DNA of 63,276 nt, the filler included, from Licmophora abbreviata (taxonomy: Eukaryota): assembly GCA_900291995.1 (NCBI GenBank). It is 11 parts of 11 records of this genome, joined end to end, with 100 filler letters (N's around TTAATTAATTAA, not from the genome) between each part and the next. Parts side by side here need not be neighbours in the genome. Positions count along the whole stretch, not along the records: positions 34,721 to 49,846 come from OLMU01001539.1; positions 49,947 to 54,933 come from OLMU01001540.1; positions 55,034 to 59,287 come from OLMU01001544.1; positions 59,388 to 60,943 come from OLMU01001545.1; 7 more parts are not named here. One strand, 5' to 3'. This document shows, in pieces, positions 46,526-59,525 of this stretch. The translations under genes were made by a program, and so were the position numbers. The stretch's first letter is position 1, and each line of letters begins with the position of its first letter. Below the pieces are notes generated by a model. The model searched no databases and was not told where the DNA came from. It was given only the letters and a program-made list of their open reading frames with translations.

Positions 46526-47791
46526 CTATGTTGCCGTCACACTGGACGACGGATTTTCGCGAAAGCGCCACCACAAGTTGCACTGTACAAGTTTCGTCTC
46601 GCCAAGTCCCTTGCACTCCTCCAGGAGCGTCTCGGCATATCTACTCTCCGTGGAATACGGCGAAACTACTGCATTGGTTGGTCCTCGGAATCCTCCCACC
46701 TTGTACGCTTCGAGTCCCGACTCGACCATGAGCTGTACAAGACTACGAAAGTCCTTTCGTTCCGTGCTCGATCGCAGGTTGCCCTCGCAAAACATGTTTC
46801 GAATGCGACCCGACGACAGGAGCTCCGAGGCGCCCTCCAACACATCCAGCTCGAGGCCTTCGACATCGACTTTGAGAAAGGAGGTGTATTTGTCATCGTC
46901 GTTCACGTCATGCCACCCTAGTTCCTCTGCCATTGCATCCAATGACACGAGGGGGAACTCCACCACCGGCACGGACTTGTCCACAGGAAGCGCATTGATT
47001 CTGCCCGTTCCCGACTGATCCACAGGCATTTTCGCAACCTTGCCACTGTCCTGATGGGTCGTGACGCCCACAGGATAGATCTGGACGGCGACTTGCGCAT
47101 GATCCAACCACTTGTTCAAGAACAAGGACTCACACAGTCGCACATGATTCCGCGGATTCGGTTCAAAGGCATCCACAACAATGGGTCTCTGCAGTTTCCG
47201 CGCGGCAGCAACGGCGAGCAAGGTAAACCAGCCAATGTTGGAACCGACGTCTACAACGTGGAGTGGTGCGTCGCCCTTCTGATTCCGCAAGATACTGACC
47301 ATGGCGTTGCCGAGCTGTATTTCGTAGTAGATGCCGTATTCCATGACGCTCCATCGTGTGGGATCGTAGTCTCGGATGTGAAGCGCCTGCCAAAAGGGTG
47401 GATCGGTGATGGTGTAACGAGCATGCAGGGCGCCCTGATTAGGGTCGCTGATGGATGTGCCAGTGTGATTGAGAAGGTCGTTGTTGTGGTCCGTGTCCAG
47501 AAGAGCATGACAGTCGACTGGTGGGTACATTTGGGATGTCTTGACAGAAAGAAGCGGTGGTGATGGAATGCTATCGTTCGTGTGTTTTAGAGGAAATGAT
47601 TGCAGTGACACGAGGCTGTGGAAGGACGCGTGAAGATTCTTACCCGACTGGATCGTATTGACGGAGATTAGAAGCAAGATGACAAGGGAGACCAAGAGTA
47701 GGAACGGGCAAGTTCGTCCACGTGAGAAAGACGACGTAGTGGATTCGTACATTCTGGATTGGTGAGCAGAAGAAATCTGAGTACAACGCAC
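46526..47791 (-). CDS. FkbM-family (Methyltransf_21) type II membrane methyltransferase
   Basis: VVDVGSNIGWFTL, FEPNPRN and LKVDVEGLELDVLEGA. N-terminal TM. Confidence 0.9.
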   Translation of the reverse strand: MRCTQISSAHQSRMYESTTSSFSRGRTCPFLLLVSLVILLLISVNTIQSGKNLHASFHSLVSLQSFPLKHTNDSIPSPPLLSVKTSQMYPPVDCHALLDTDHNNDLLNHTGTSISDPNQGALHARYTITDPPFWQALHIRDYDPTRWSVMEYGIYYEIQLGNAMVSILRNQKGDAPLHVVDVGSNIGWFTLLAVAAARKLQRPIVVDAFEPNPRNHVRLCESLFLNKWLDHAQVAVQIYPVGVTTHQDSGKVAKMPVDQSGTGRINALPVDKSVPVVEFPLVSLDAMAEELGWHDVNDDDKYTSFLKVDVEGLELDVLEGASELLSSGRIRNMFCEGNLRSSTERKDFRSLVQLMVESGLEAYKVGGFRGPTNAVVSPYSTESRYAETLLEECKGLGETKLVQCNLWWRFRENPSSSVTAT

Positions 47792-48211
47792 GAAGGGACT
47801 GGTCTGTTGCTCTCAGTAGCAGTAGATGTGAGTCTGGTGTGAGGTATCGCCGCGGTGTTGTCTCCACTTGCCGTTCTCTATGTGGTCCGAGGTGGCCGTC
47901 ATTGTGAACGACGCAGCTATCATACGAGAGAGTTTCGTGCCGAGGGCTGGCATCGACTCGACTCATTCGACCGGACGTCTGTCCGCATCACATTTCACTT
48001 AAACGCATATCCACTCAATCGCGATTTGACGCGATTCATTCATCCCACCTCGATATCTCACTCGTCGCGCCGTGATGGCGACAGTGATGATGGTCGAGTG
48101 CACGTCGTTCCCCCCTCTCTGACTTTCTTTAATTATGCTGTAGAGCAATGAAAGAAAGATAGAGCAGTGTTCGATGTTTGAGGAACACCAAGGAGACTTG
48201 AAAAGGGAGAT

Positions 48212-48412
48212 ATGCTGCTGCTGCACGCTGCACAGCAGCAGCGGCGCGGCCAGGCACTGTTGCTACTCGCTTGCGCGCTTCTTTCCTTGTTCTTTGCCTA
48301 CCAGACGCTAGTCTCCGAGTCGTTTTTGTTGTACTGGTGGTCGTGGATAATTACGGCGCCCGTCGTGTTGACGGTGCACTGGGTGGCCATGCAGCTCTAT
48401 TTGCACAACTAG
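48212..48412 (+). CDS. Small two-TM protein, PIG-Y/Eri1-like (GPI-GlcNAc transferase subunit)
   Basis: 66 aa with two hydrophobic helices. The C-terminus WVAMQLYLHN resembles the PIG-Y ending WMGIKLFRHN. Confidence 0.5.
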   Translation: MLLLHAAQQQRRGQALLLLACALLSLFFAYQTLVSESFLLYWWSWIITAPVVLTVHWVAMQLYLHN

Positions 48413-48794
48413 GGAGCTAGTACCACCGTCACGAAGCGTGAGGCGTGTATCCTATGAAAGGTGAGTGTCTGCCGCAAGTGCACGAATTTTATTTTTATAC
48501 CGTTCTATATTGTCCTGAGCTAGGATGACTAGGCGTATTGCGCCATTCTCTCGACTTGATCATGGGAGACTATAAGCTTTTTTAACTGCAATCTGAGCTC
48601 ACAGTGACGAATGTGTGGGAAAGTGCCATGAATGATATCGTCATCTCCGGTCTCGTACTCATCCACGCGTTTACTTTGACGCTCTTCAGGCGCACTCCAG
48701 TGTAACGTTCGAAGATAACCATCATACTAGATGCGCGAAGATACTAAATACTATTACATTCGTTCAACTACAAAACTCGACAATGTAAGGCATG

Positions 48795-49846
48795 TCATAT
48801 AGCAGACTGAAGTTCGGGTTCCACCTCCATGCGCGTCGCCGAGGGAAGCTTCGTCGAAACGTGCGACATATACGAGACGGACGAACTGTCCATGTTGCTG
48901 TGGGAAAACTCCATCTCAGTAGGTAAGAACTGACGTGGGGGCGAGTCTCGTCTCTGATGCTCCTCTAGCTGACGAGCCGGAGGCGGGCTGTCGAAGTTGC
49001 TCTCGTCTTCGCCTCCTCCGCAGGCACACTCGGAAATGGCAGAAGACACTTAAGAGCGAGAAAGAAGTGACCAACGTGACTCGTTAGCATGCACAATGCA
49101 AGTCTCTCTAGAGCACGACCACACGTTCGCTACAACTCACTTTCTTCAAAGACCATGGCAAAACGCGACATCTTTCGTTGCATCCTTTCCGAAAATGTTT
49201 CAGACTTCACACGTTCCTGTATACGGTCCGCTTGAAACGTATCAAGATCGAAACTGCACCCCTCCGACAAGGCAGTGTCAATAGGCCCACAGGCAGATTC
49301 TTGCACCACTATGCGTTCGGAAGGGAGCGAGGCAGCGAGGAACGCTACCAGGCAATCGTGAGCATTTTGCTGGGAAAATGAGAATTCAAAGTAGCCATGG
49401 GAGATGGTAGTAATATAAAGGACATATTTGGGTGCCTTTTGTGAGAGATGAGTATCCACCACGACAATTTGTTGGACCGGTATGGAGAGTGGTTTGGGTT
49501 GCGGTTTGGGAGCTTCCGTCATATCATACACCCTTTGATTGCTTCTAGCAGTGGTTCCAAACGACTCAAAGCGTTCCGAAAAGTTTATCGTTCCATCCAT
49601 AGAACAGCTATTGGGAGAAGCAGATGAGACACGTAGAACTAACTCGGGTCCCTCTTGCCCGCTCGCCATTACATCGTTCGAGGATCGATCAAAATCTGCC
49701 GACTTCCAACTACGCATGGTACAGGACATGCACTCAGGCTCTCCAAACTGGGGATTCGCAGCATGAGGAGACTTCCGGACTCTCTGTGAAGTATGGAAGG
49801 TGAAACGAGAATAAGCACAAACAGAAAAAGGACGCCCGCGCAAGTT
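48795..49846 (-). CDS. Hypothetical protein, 3' part (intron ~49050-49139; upstream lost in gap)
   Basis: Two consecutive minus-strand ORFs with a GTGAGT donor near 49140. Confidence 0.55.
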
Positions 49847-49946
49847 NNNNNNNNNNNNNNNNNNNNNNNNNNNNNNNNNNNNNNNNNNNNTTAATTAATT
49901 AANNNNNNNNNNNNNNNNNNNNNNNNNNNNNNNNNNNNNNNNNNNN

Positions 49947-50581
49947 ATCATGAGTCCTGCGCGTGCGCTGCGATCGAAGAAGGCTTCACCATTGACTGCA
50001 GCAACATGGCGGCCATGACAGCTGCTCTGTCGGCTCTCACGGACAGTGCCAACAACTGCGCGACGGACTGCGAGTCGGAGATCTGTCACGTCAACTACTT
50101 GATCATTCAGTCTCACCATGACCACTGTCTCGAGGAAGACCTTCCACCCACCTTGGAGGACACCCTCCATCTCCTCGAAGAAAATTGCGACGAATGCGAG
50201 ATCACCAGGAAGTTCGACGCCAGTTTGCCCACCTGCCCCGCGGCATCCTGCGAAGACGACAGCGGAAACACCTCTTTCTCGACCCTGGTCGCCAACGGCT
50301 GCGCCACGGACTGCTCCAGCAACCTCTGCCGTACTCACTACCGCACCCTCAAGGTGGTTCACGACACGTGCGACGAAGAGACGCTCAATGTCTCGGCCGA
50401 AAATGGCTTTCATGACTTTGAAGATGTCTGCTTTGATCTCCACGGTTGCAACTTGCCCGGCATTGAAGATCTCACTCCACTCATCTGTGACGAAGACACC
50501 TCTACCGCTGTTGCGCCCGTGACCTTCTCCTTGGCGGCTGGCTTCTTGGCTTCTGCTGCCTTCTGGGTGACTTCCGTTTGA
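49947..50581 (+). CDS. Cys/His-rich repeat surface protein, probably GPI-anchored or C-terminally anchored (5'-truncated)
   Basis: The frame is open from the gap (HESCACAAIEEGFTIDCSN). Two CATDC..C...HDxC...HxxExxC repeats and a hydrophobic C-terminal tail. Confidence 0.75.
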
Positions 50582-50731
50582 GTCAAGTCTTGACTGACTG
50601 TACTATCATAGTCGTGCTCGTAGTAGTCGTTGCAGTATGCAACAACAAGTATGTGAAAGGGGTGATGGATTGAAAAGATAAAAGTAGATTCATGGTTTGT
50701 CAAGTGAATTTAAAGGTACATCCGCATAGCC

Positions 50732-53700
50732 TTAGAGTGTTGTCGCTCCCACCTTGCTCTCGGCAAACACCTGCGCCGCAGATATTACTTCATCTACATT
50801 CGAGCACTCCTTTGCTTGCCCCTGCGCACTCTGCGGCTTTCCTCCTCCTCGTCCACCGCAGACTTCCAGCGTCGCCCGGACCCACTCATCCGCCTTGAAG
50901 CCTTGGTCCACCAGTGAGTCCGGCACGAGCGCAAAGGCCATCAGTTTGCCGCCACTTTTCGGTTCTTCCTCTGTTATGCCCATGAATGCGAGACCGGGAG
51001 CAATACTCTTGGCGGCATTCATGACTTTCTGCGACGCTTTCGAATCCGCTCCAATGTCTACATTCAACACTAGCGTGACCTTGTTGTCGGCCACTGCAGA
51101 CTCTACGCTGGCCTTGACATTGTTCAGACACTTGTCCACACGTCCGGCAAGTGCGCGTTTCTTCGCATCGACTCCCTTCTTTTGGATCGCTTCGATACGT
51201 GATCGTAGTTCCACCTTCAATGGTGCCGATATGAAGCTCTCGTCCAGTTCCTTTCTTAGACTTCCAGCCTTCTTGTCTAGATCGGGCGTGTCGTCGCTTA
51301 GCTCTTCCATCTCTGACACCTTTGATTCCATTTGACTGCCCTCTTCAATCGCCTGACGAGCCGTGTCTTTCGTTACTGCGGTGATTCGGCGGATCCCCTT
51401 CGCAACCGCAGCCTCTTCCACAATTACGAATGCCTCAGCTTCCGCCGTGTTCTCAAGATGTGTTCCTCCACAGAATTCCACCGACGTCTCGCTCCCGACG
51501 CTCACCACCCGGACAGGATCGGGATAGACTTCACCAAAGACTGCACGGACGCCATCAATTTCTTGAGCTTCTGCCAACGGCAGAACCTGGTTCGTGATTG
51601 GCTCTCCATTTGCAATGACTGTTTGGCAAATTTCTTCCGTTTCCCGGAGCTGCTTGGCAGACAGTGCCTTTTTGTGGCTAAAGTCGAATCGCAGCTTCTC
51701 GTCGTTGCACAAACTACCCCGCTGGTCCACGCCGTCACCCAGCACCGTACGTAGCGCCGCATTGAGAACATGCGTCATGGAATGGTTTGGCGCGACAAGT
51801 CGGCGTCGTTCGTAATCCACCTTGCTGTTTGCCGTTGACCCGACCTTGAGACTGCCCTCCTCCAAAAAGCCAGAATGAAGAAGGTATCCAGCATAGGTTT
51901 GCACATCTGTCACTTGAAATCGACCAATTACTTCACCAGATGCGGAGGTGAGATCCAAAGTCCCCAAGTCAGCATCCTGTCCTCCCGCTTCGGCATAAAA
52001 GGAGGATTTGTCCAAGATCAATCCGACATTGGCACCCTCTTCCACCGACGCGCCATCCGTCACGAATCCATCCGTGCCAAAAATCGCCACCACGGTAGCA
52101 GGAAGTTCCACATCCGTCTTGTACTTGAAAAAGTCATCCGTCGGTTCCACATCGTGATCTGCCAGCCACGCGGTCTGCTCAGCAATCAACTCCAGTCGAG
52201 CTCCGCCACCCCGCGACTTGGCCGAAAGCCGAGCCTCGCGCGAACGCTGCTTCTGCGCCTCCATTTCCTTGACAAATCCGTCCGAATCCACCGTCAAACC
52301 AGCCTCTTCGGCCATGAGCTCTGTCAAATCTACTGGGAACCCTAAAGTATCGTACAGATAAAAGGCCTTGTCGCCAGAGACTTGCTTCTTGCCGTCCACC
52401 TTGAGATCCGACTCGAGCTCCGAAAAAAACTTGATGCCACGCTCGAGCATATCGGAAAAGGCCTGCTCTTCTTCCTTGATGATTTCTAAAATCGCATCTT
52501 GATTCTTGACAAGCTCCGGATACACTTCTCCAAAGGTTTCCACCACGACTGTCAAAGAGAAGATACTGTGTGAGCTACTACCAAAACCAGCCATCCAACA
52601 TGATACTTTCAAATCCTCTCGCACTCACCTGGCACCAGCGTTGAAAAGAATCCTGGTTTGGCCTTGAGTATCTGTTGTCCATAACGCGTGGCACGTCGCA
52701 AGACACGCCTCAAGACATATCCTCTCCCCTCATTGCTCGGAACAGCTCCATCGGCAATGGCGAATGACAAGGTGCGCGCATGATCGGCAATCGCACGATA
52801 GGCCGTATCTTTCAATGTCGCATCTTCCTCCAACAGTTTCCCTTCGTAAACTCCAACTTGGGAGTGCTCTGCTAGCTTGTCAAAGAGGGGTTGAAAGATG
52901 TCAATATCATAGTTGGAAGACTTGTCTTGCAGTATACTCACAAGTCGCTCCAGTCCCATGCCCGTGTCAACATGCTTGTTCGGCAACGGCGAGAGTTCAC
53001 CGCGTTCATTGCGATTGAACTGAATAAAGACAAGATTCCAAATTTCAATCACTTCTGGATCATCTGCATTGACAAGATGACTGGCATCCCGATTCCCAAT
53101 TCGATCGTAATGCACCTCACTGCACGGCCCGCAGGGCCCCGTCTCTCCCATTTCCCAAAAGTTATCCTTCGCATTGCACCCAATCACCCGCTCGGGTGGT
53201 AAATACTGCAACCAATAGTCTCGTGCTGCAGTATCCGGTGGAACACTATCGTTCCCTTGAAAGTAGGTCGCATAGAGCCGGTCCTTGTTCAATCCGTACA
53301 CATCCACCAACAACTCCCACGCATACGCAATCGCCTCTTGTTGAAAGTAATCTCCGAAACTCCACGACCCCAGCATTTCAAAGAACGTGTGATGATAGGT
53401 GTCCCTCCCCACATCTTCCAAATCATTGTGCTTGCCCCCGGCGCGGATGCACTTTTGCGAATTGGCTGCGCGAGTCATACTTGCGAGGGGGGAGGTTGGA
53501 TCGACTTGGCCGAGAAAGACGGGCTTGAACTGGTTCATGCCGGCGTTGGCAAAGAGCAAGGTGGGGTCGGTCAAGGGGACGCAGCTGGAACTGGGTTGGT
53601 AGGTGTGATTGTGGTCTTGAAAGTAATTGACAAAGGTCGATCGGACCTTGTCGGTAGACCAGTCGGTGGGTGTACTAGAAGAAAACAAGCGAGACTGTCG

Positions 53701-53856
53701 TTGTTGTTGGTGGTGCGATGCAGTAGTGGAAGTACTGGTAGTGGAGATGAAGGCCGCTCGTGTACTCCTCCTCCTCGCTGCTGCAGTGGAAAAGGAGTGA
53801 GCGACCCTCTTGCTGCTGCTGCCAAACAGAACCCAGCCAGCCACCACCATGCTCAT
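50732..53856 (-). CDS. AARS: Alanyl-tRNA synthetase; intron 52549-52628
   Basis: [55 protein letters not shown] and GGRGGGK. Confidence 0.98.
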
Positions 53857-54409
53857 GACTTGACGAGGAGTCGGCTGTTCTTGTTGCTGCTGGTGTGCGA
53901 GAAAAGCATCGATCAGCGAGTCTGGAGCGAGCAGTGCAGTCCGATGGACTCACCGCACACTCAAGAAGTATATCCACTGCAGTACCTACTACAGTACGAT
54001 CAATGAGAGAATGAGGATGCCAAATGTCGACTATTGTATGATACTACTCGTAGTAGATGATGGTGGTCTCTCTGATGGATGCGTCAGTGTGTTTGTTCTC
54101 ATTGCATACTCGTGCGAGAGGAATGCTCGTCGCGCGCTCTGTGTAGAATTGTACGTAGGATCAGTACAGGTGACGTCAGTGAGTGAAGATTCCGTCCGGC
54201 GTACGTCTCAAACGATGCGTCGCAGTCAGTTTCGAACGAGAAACGCGAGAGCAACTTCAATCTAACGGTACTACGATATATGACGACCAACGAGGGAGCT
54301 CACAACTGACAACAGAAACTCAACGCACATTGCTTCTTGCGGAAGGTCACAAGGTGCCTCTTATACATACATGGCTTACTTCCAGAAGTAGCGGTGTATC
54401 CTCACGATC

Positions 54410-54933
54410 ATGGCCTCCTCCTCGTCCTCTCCTTCGATTCCCGCAGGCTCCTTTCCATGCATCGAACAGCCCGCGCGGTGCCTGCTGGTGGACTGCCCTA
54501 CCAAGCGCTACTTGTCGTGCTGCAAGAACGGACGCATCGTCACCACTGCACGCCACACGCCGCGAGAAGAGTTCCTCTTGCTTCCGGCAGTCGACAGTGA
54601 TGCAATTCAAACTGCTACCAGACGACGAACACAGAACAATGTGGTGCTGATTCAGAGTTTCAAGTTTGGAGGCTTTGTCGGTGTCAATGACGAAGGAAAC
54701 TTGCATGCTACGGATGTCCCCTCGCCTTGGCTCATGGCCAGGTCGGTCCATCCGAACCACTGCAACAACAAGAGCACTTCTACTTCTAGTACTACTACTA
54801 GTAGTCAGAGGGGTGAGACGGGAGTCATCTTTCAGTCTCTCGATCGTCCCGAAGTCACACTGCATGTCAACAACAACAACAACAAAAACCCCATGTCTCT
54901 GCCCTTTTCTTCTTCCTCTCGTCGTCTCGAAGC
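54410..54933 (+). CDS. Hypothetical protein N-terminus, possibly fascin/beta-trefoil-like (truncated by gap)
   Basis: RYLSCCKNGRI...REEFLL and VLIQSFKFGGFVGVNDEGNL patterns. Confidence 0.35.
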
Positions 54934-55033
54934 NNNNNNNNNNNNNNNNNNNNNNNNNNNNNNNNNNNNNNNNNNNNTTAATTAATTAANNNNNNNNNNN
55001 NNNNNNNNNNNNNNNNNNNNNNNNNNNNNNNNN

Positions 55034-56927
55034 CATCATAGTCTTGGAGCCCACGAAAGCCGTCCAAAGTCAAGGGTTTGAAATATTCGTCCATAGAGCC
55101 AATGTTGTCCACAGGGATATACCAAAGATCAAACCCATAGTCCCACATAGTGACGAGGTCCCTCAGCAAGAGCGTCAAAAGGAATGTACCCGCAGCCTGG
55201 AGGAAACCGAACTCCACGTTCTCAGGGAGCCCCAGCTCGAAAAAGGATATCTCGAACTCTTCCTCGAGGGCATTCAGCACAATAGATAGCAGAGCGCCAG
55301 ACATGAAGGAAGTTCCATCAAACGTACCGAAAAAGACGTTGTCTCCGCAGCGCTCCACCTGCCAGATATAAACCGTGGAGCTCACAATTCCTGGGGCTAG
55401 TACCGGGCTGCAATCATTGGTCATTGTGCTACAAACATGGCATTCCTGTCCCGCTCCTAACTCGAACTTGGTGGTCATAGAATCCGGATCATCGAAATCG
55501 ATGAAGTCAAGGGTGCTTCCAAAAACTGCTTGGTAGACGTAACCAGACAAGGTACACACCATGACTTCGTTGGAATCGATGGGCTCAAGCGCGAACGACG
55601 ACGCGTCCAAAAATCCTTGGGTGTCAACACTCTGAACCGATGAAGCGACACTAGGCGACGACGGCGGAGCCAAGTCGCCTTTTGTGCTGTATACCAAGAC
55701 TGGTACGAGGTCAAAGCCTGCCGCTTTCTCGCTGTTGAGTGCGATTGTCACCAGATTGTACCAACAAACGTCGTCTACACTGCTTCCATTTTCGCAAACA
55801 AAGTCCCATATAATGTGATTTACAAGGGATGCCTCAGATAGTCCTTCTCGGTAAAGCGTACTCTGCGTGAGGGTGTCAGCCACCTCGACAGCACAAATGT
55901 CCATAGTCCACATGATTGGATAGGGCTCAACTGGGAAACCAGTTTCCATTAGGGGAGAGAATGCGACGTGACAATCATTGCCATCAAAGCCTTGGATCAT
56001 GGCACGAATTGAGCTTGCTTGAACAAAGGGAGAAAGATCCCCAACAAGAGGGACTAGAGCAACGGATTCATCTTCGAGGTCGACAATGACTTTGTACAGA
56101 GACAGTGGAGTAATTGTCTCACCTTCGTAGATATATCCTACCGTAGCGATGAGGACTTCGACAGTGCTGTCAGTGCATCCTGTAACAAGCGCAGAGCGGA
56201 TCCCAAGAAGTGGGATATCCATTTCCCATTTCATTACGATCTCCGCGTCAGCATCACGGAATGTCATCGTGGCATTGGTTGGCGACAAATTGAGATAGCC
56301 AGCCGTTCCCGCTGAATGAATCATGACACCCATGCCACATTGTTTGTTGAAATCACCAGCCCATGCATACTTGTTTTGGGAGGTCCCCTCGTTATACCGA
56401 TTCTCTCCATCAGGAAATTTCTTGATAGACCACGTGGGAGCAACCACGCCGAAAGGTCCATTTTGGTAGATGTCACCGCTTCCTTCGACAACATCCATCA
56501 AGTCAACCAGAGAGGCTGAGTCATCGTTCCTTTCGGACACCCATTCGATGATGTCCTCGGCAACCTCAAAGAATTTGTCAAGATCTGGATTAAGATTCAT
56601 ACCTCCCAGTCCAGACTCTACGAGTTCGCTGAAGAATTTCCTCACAGCGTCGACCGCCGTCCCGATTTCGCCATCCAGACCACCCGGCATTACATCCTCA
56701 AGAATGGTCTCTAGATCTGCAGCGTCTTCTTCGCCCTTCTTTGCCTTCGATTCACCTTTCTTTCCTAGGCGTCGACTTTCCTGAAGTCCAGAGGTCTCTG
56801 TGACTGTCTTCGCGGACGATCTCGCAGACACGGACCCACCGCGAGGACCACGGCGCGCCAGGACAGGGCGCTGGACCATGGCCAGGAAGACAACGGCGAA
56901 TACCACCAGAAATGAAGTCACTCTCAT
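55034..56927 (-). CDS. Secreted acidic protein, possibly beta-propeller (3'-truncated by gap)
   Basis: Signal peptide MRVTSFLVVF..., an RRL site, NKYAW, YIWQ..VFFGTFD and GFDLW...TLDGF motifs. Intronless. Confidence 0.7.
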
Positions 56928-57802
56928 GGCTTCTTTTTGAAGAAGGAGCGAATAGAAACGCAACCTTGTGAGTGAATTTGTGGCGAATACCGGAAAGTAG
57001 CAAATAGAACATGACACTCATATAGGTCGACCCCCTGCCGGACACCGGCAGCCATTTGTTTCTACCTGCCGGTCAACAGACCAATAAATAACATAAACAG
57101 ATAGGAGCAAGTCAACTTACCTGATTCGCGGCAAAGCTCAAAGCTGATTGATGTATGTGTATGAGCGTGTCAAGTGTTACAGTGTTACCCTTCCTTGTGT
57201 CATATTTTGTGAGCCCAGTTCCAGCGATGTGGCGATCCAACCGCAAAAACGTAAACCTGGCCTTTGTGACAAAAACACTTCATAGCTGAAGGTTACTATA
57301 GATAAATTTGTGCTCTAGAGAATGTTCCGAACACAGGGCTGGCTCCTTGTCACATAGACACGGCTGGTTATTTAGATTATTCCGCTACGAAGCATTAAAA
57401 TGAACCTCAGCTCCTATTTTGAATGTATCACTGAATTGTATTAGTAGCTATAGTTCATATTTCAAAATCCATTGTCTACTAGCTTTCGACTCACACTCGC
57501 CCATTCTTTGCCAGATCTGACACTACCGTTCCCGGTACCGGTTGACTACAAGTTGGTGCTTACCCCGTTGCAGATAGTACCCGGCGGTGTTGTAGCGGTA
57601 TCGGTCATCGGTTCACTCTGGAATACCGAACAAAGCGAAGTACAGAAGGACGTCACAGCTGTTCTAAATGCTTGATAACCACTTCTGAGCTACATGGCTC
57701 TTAGAGTACGGGACCAGTAATATGATTGGACGGAGCATGGAATGCTGCTAGCTACCGCACCATAGCTCGTTGACTTGTCTTAATCTCTGCTCTTCTTCCG
57801 GG

Positions 57803-58818
57803 CTAGTGAAGAGTTCCGATGACAATGGCGGACATGCCAAAGATGAGCATCATGACCCACACGCCTGTGTCGACACCAAAGAACTGATCCACTTCCACCA
57901 CATCCAGCAGCTTAAATAGCACAGGAACAAAGCTAAGGGCAACGAATCCCGTCACTTTTACAGGATCCATCTTGTTCGCCAATAAGCCGGTAGCGACTCC
58001 GCTCATCATCATATATCCACCGTCAATACTCCCCATCTTCGTAGTCAAAGAGTCTAGGTTGAGAAATAAAATGACCGTGAGCATGTAGATAACGCAAATA
58101 CAGATAGAGTGAATTCTAGCAAGACATTCGCAAACGAGCCCAACATCGTACCTCGATCAAATGTGCCCGCGGCACGCTTGAGGAACTTTTCAGGTCTGGC
58201 ATAGAGAAAGACACCATGAAACGCTAATAGCAGCGACACCATTTTGGTCCACACTAAGGCATCATCGATATTGGCAAACAAGGCATAGACCGTTCCAGCT
58301 AGAATCACCCACATGGTTCCAAACATGAGATTGTTCATGCCTAGCTCGTGATACTTGTTGGTTGCAAACATGAGCGTCATACTGACAAGGCGTGCAACGA
58401 GTCCATAACCAATGGCATGGTCCACAGAGACGTCTCCAGACACGGCAAGGTACGTCGAGACAGCTGTGGTTGCCGCAGAAGCTCCAATGCCATGCAGATA
58501 GTGCTCGGGAAGAGAGTTCGCTTCAATGTCAACTCCAAACCACCTCATGGAAGTGCGAGGAGCCAAGGCACCACCGATCGCGTCCAAGGAGGCGAGGCTA
58601 CTAAAGAGTTTGGCTAACGTACGAGACGACACAGGTCCAAGGTCGCCGCCACGCAGTGACGAGAGAAGCCTCTTATTGTCGTATGAGCGTCCGCCCTCGA
58701 CGTTCGTTCCATGAGGGGCATACTCGACAGGCACGCCGACACGCTTAGCATCACGAGACAGGTCGTGTGCGACACTGCAGCCAACAAGGGCAAAGGAAAG
58801 GAGAACAATCGGCCTCAT
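57803..58818 (-). CDS. Multi-TM hypothetical protein with signal peptide and LRGG motif; intron 58054-58151
   Basis: Signal peptide, SSLRGGDLG and several TMs. The GT-AG intron restores the frame. Confidence 0.75.
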
Positions 58819-59525
58819 AGTGAATCTAGTAGTAGTAGTAGTGTGAGATTGTGAGGGGTCAGCGAAATGTTCAATCCAATAAAGCGAATGCGAACACTGA
58901 TGATGATGGTGATGTCAACTTTTTGTCCACCGAGCACTCATCAGAAGTTTGGTGCGCGCGCGCAAACGCCGTTTCCGCCGCGCTCCGATGGGTCTTGCCC
59001 AGCCGATGGCACGATTGTTGTAGTGAGAGCAGATCAGGGGAACGGGAGGATACTCTGTTTACGCATACTAAAGTAGTAAGATAGTGGGATAAGACTCGCA
59101 GTCTTACTTTTACTGGCAGTCTCAATGCAATTCTGGGGATTGGACGGCAGGAAATTTGATTTCCCGAAGCTTTCCAAACGCAGCCTTGGCCTTCTTGTCG
59201 CATTGCTTGACAGGATCCATTTTCTTCGGTTTCCTCCAGATCTTACAGTTGGATCGATGAGTATTCCAGTGATCACGTTGACACTGGNNNNNNNNNNNNN
59301 NNNNNNNNNNNNNNNNNNNNNNNNNNNNNNNTTAATTAATTAANNNNNNNNNNNNNNNNNNNNNNNNNNNNNNNNNNNNNNNNNNNNGACGACGACGACG
59401 AGAGCGTCGGTGGCCCAGTCTACAGTCCACTGTATGTGATCCTATCGTCTTTGCTGGTTTCGTTTTGGTCCCTCTCTCTGAGTCTCTGAGATACTAGTTT
59501 ACTGATTGAGAAACTACCAGGTATC

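Noticed and set aside
57020..57800. AT-richer intergenic stretch as an ncRNA or MITE
   Set aside because: No terminal inverted repeats, tRNA fold or other recognisable structure seen by eye.
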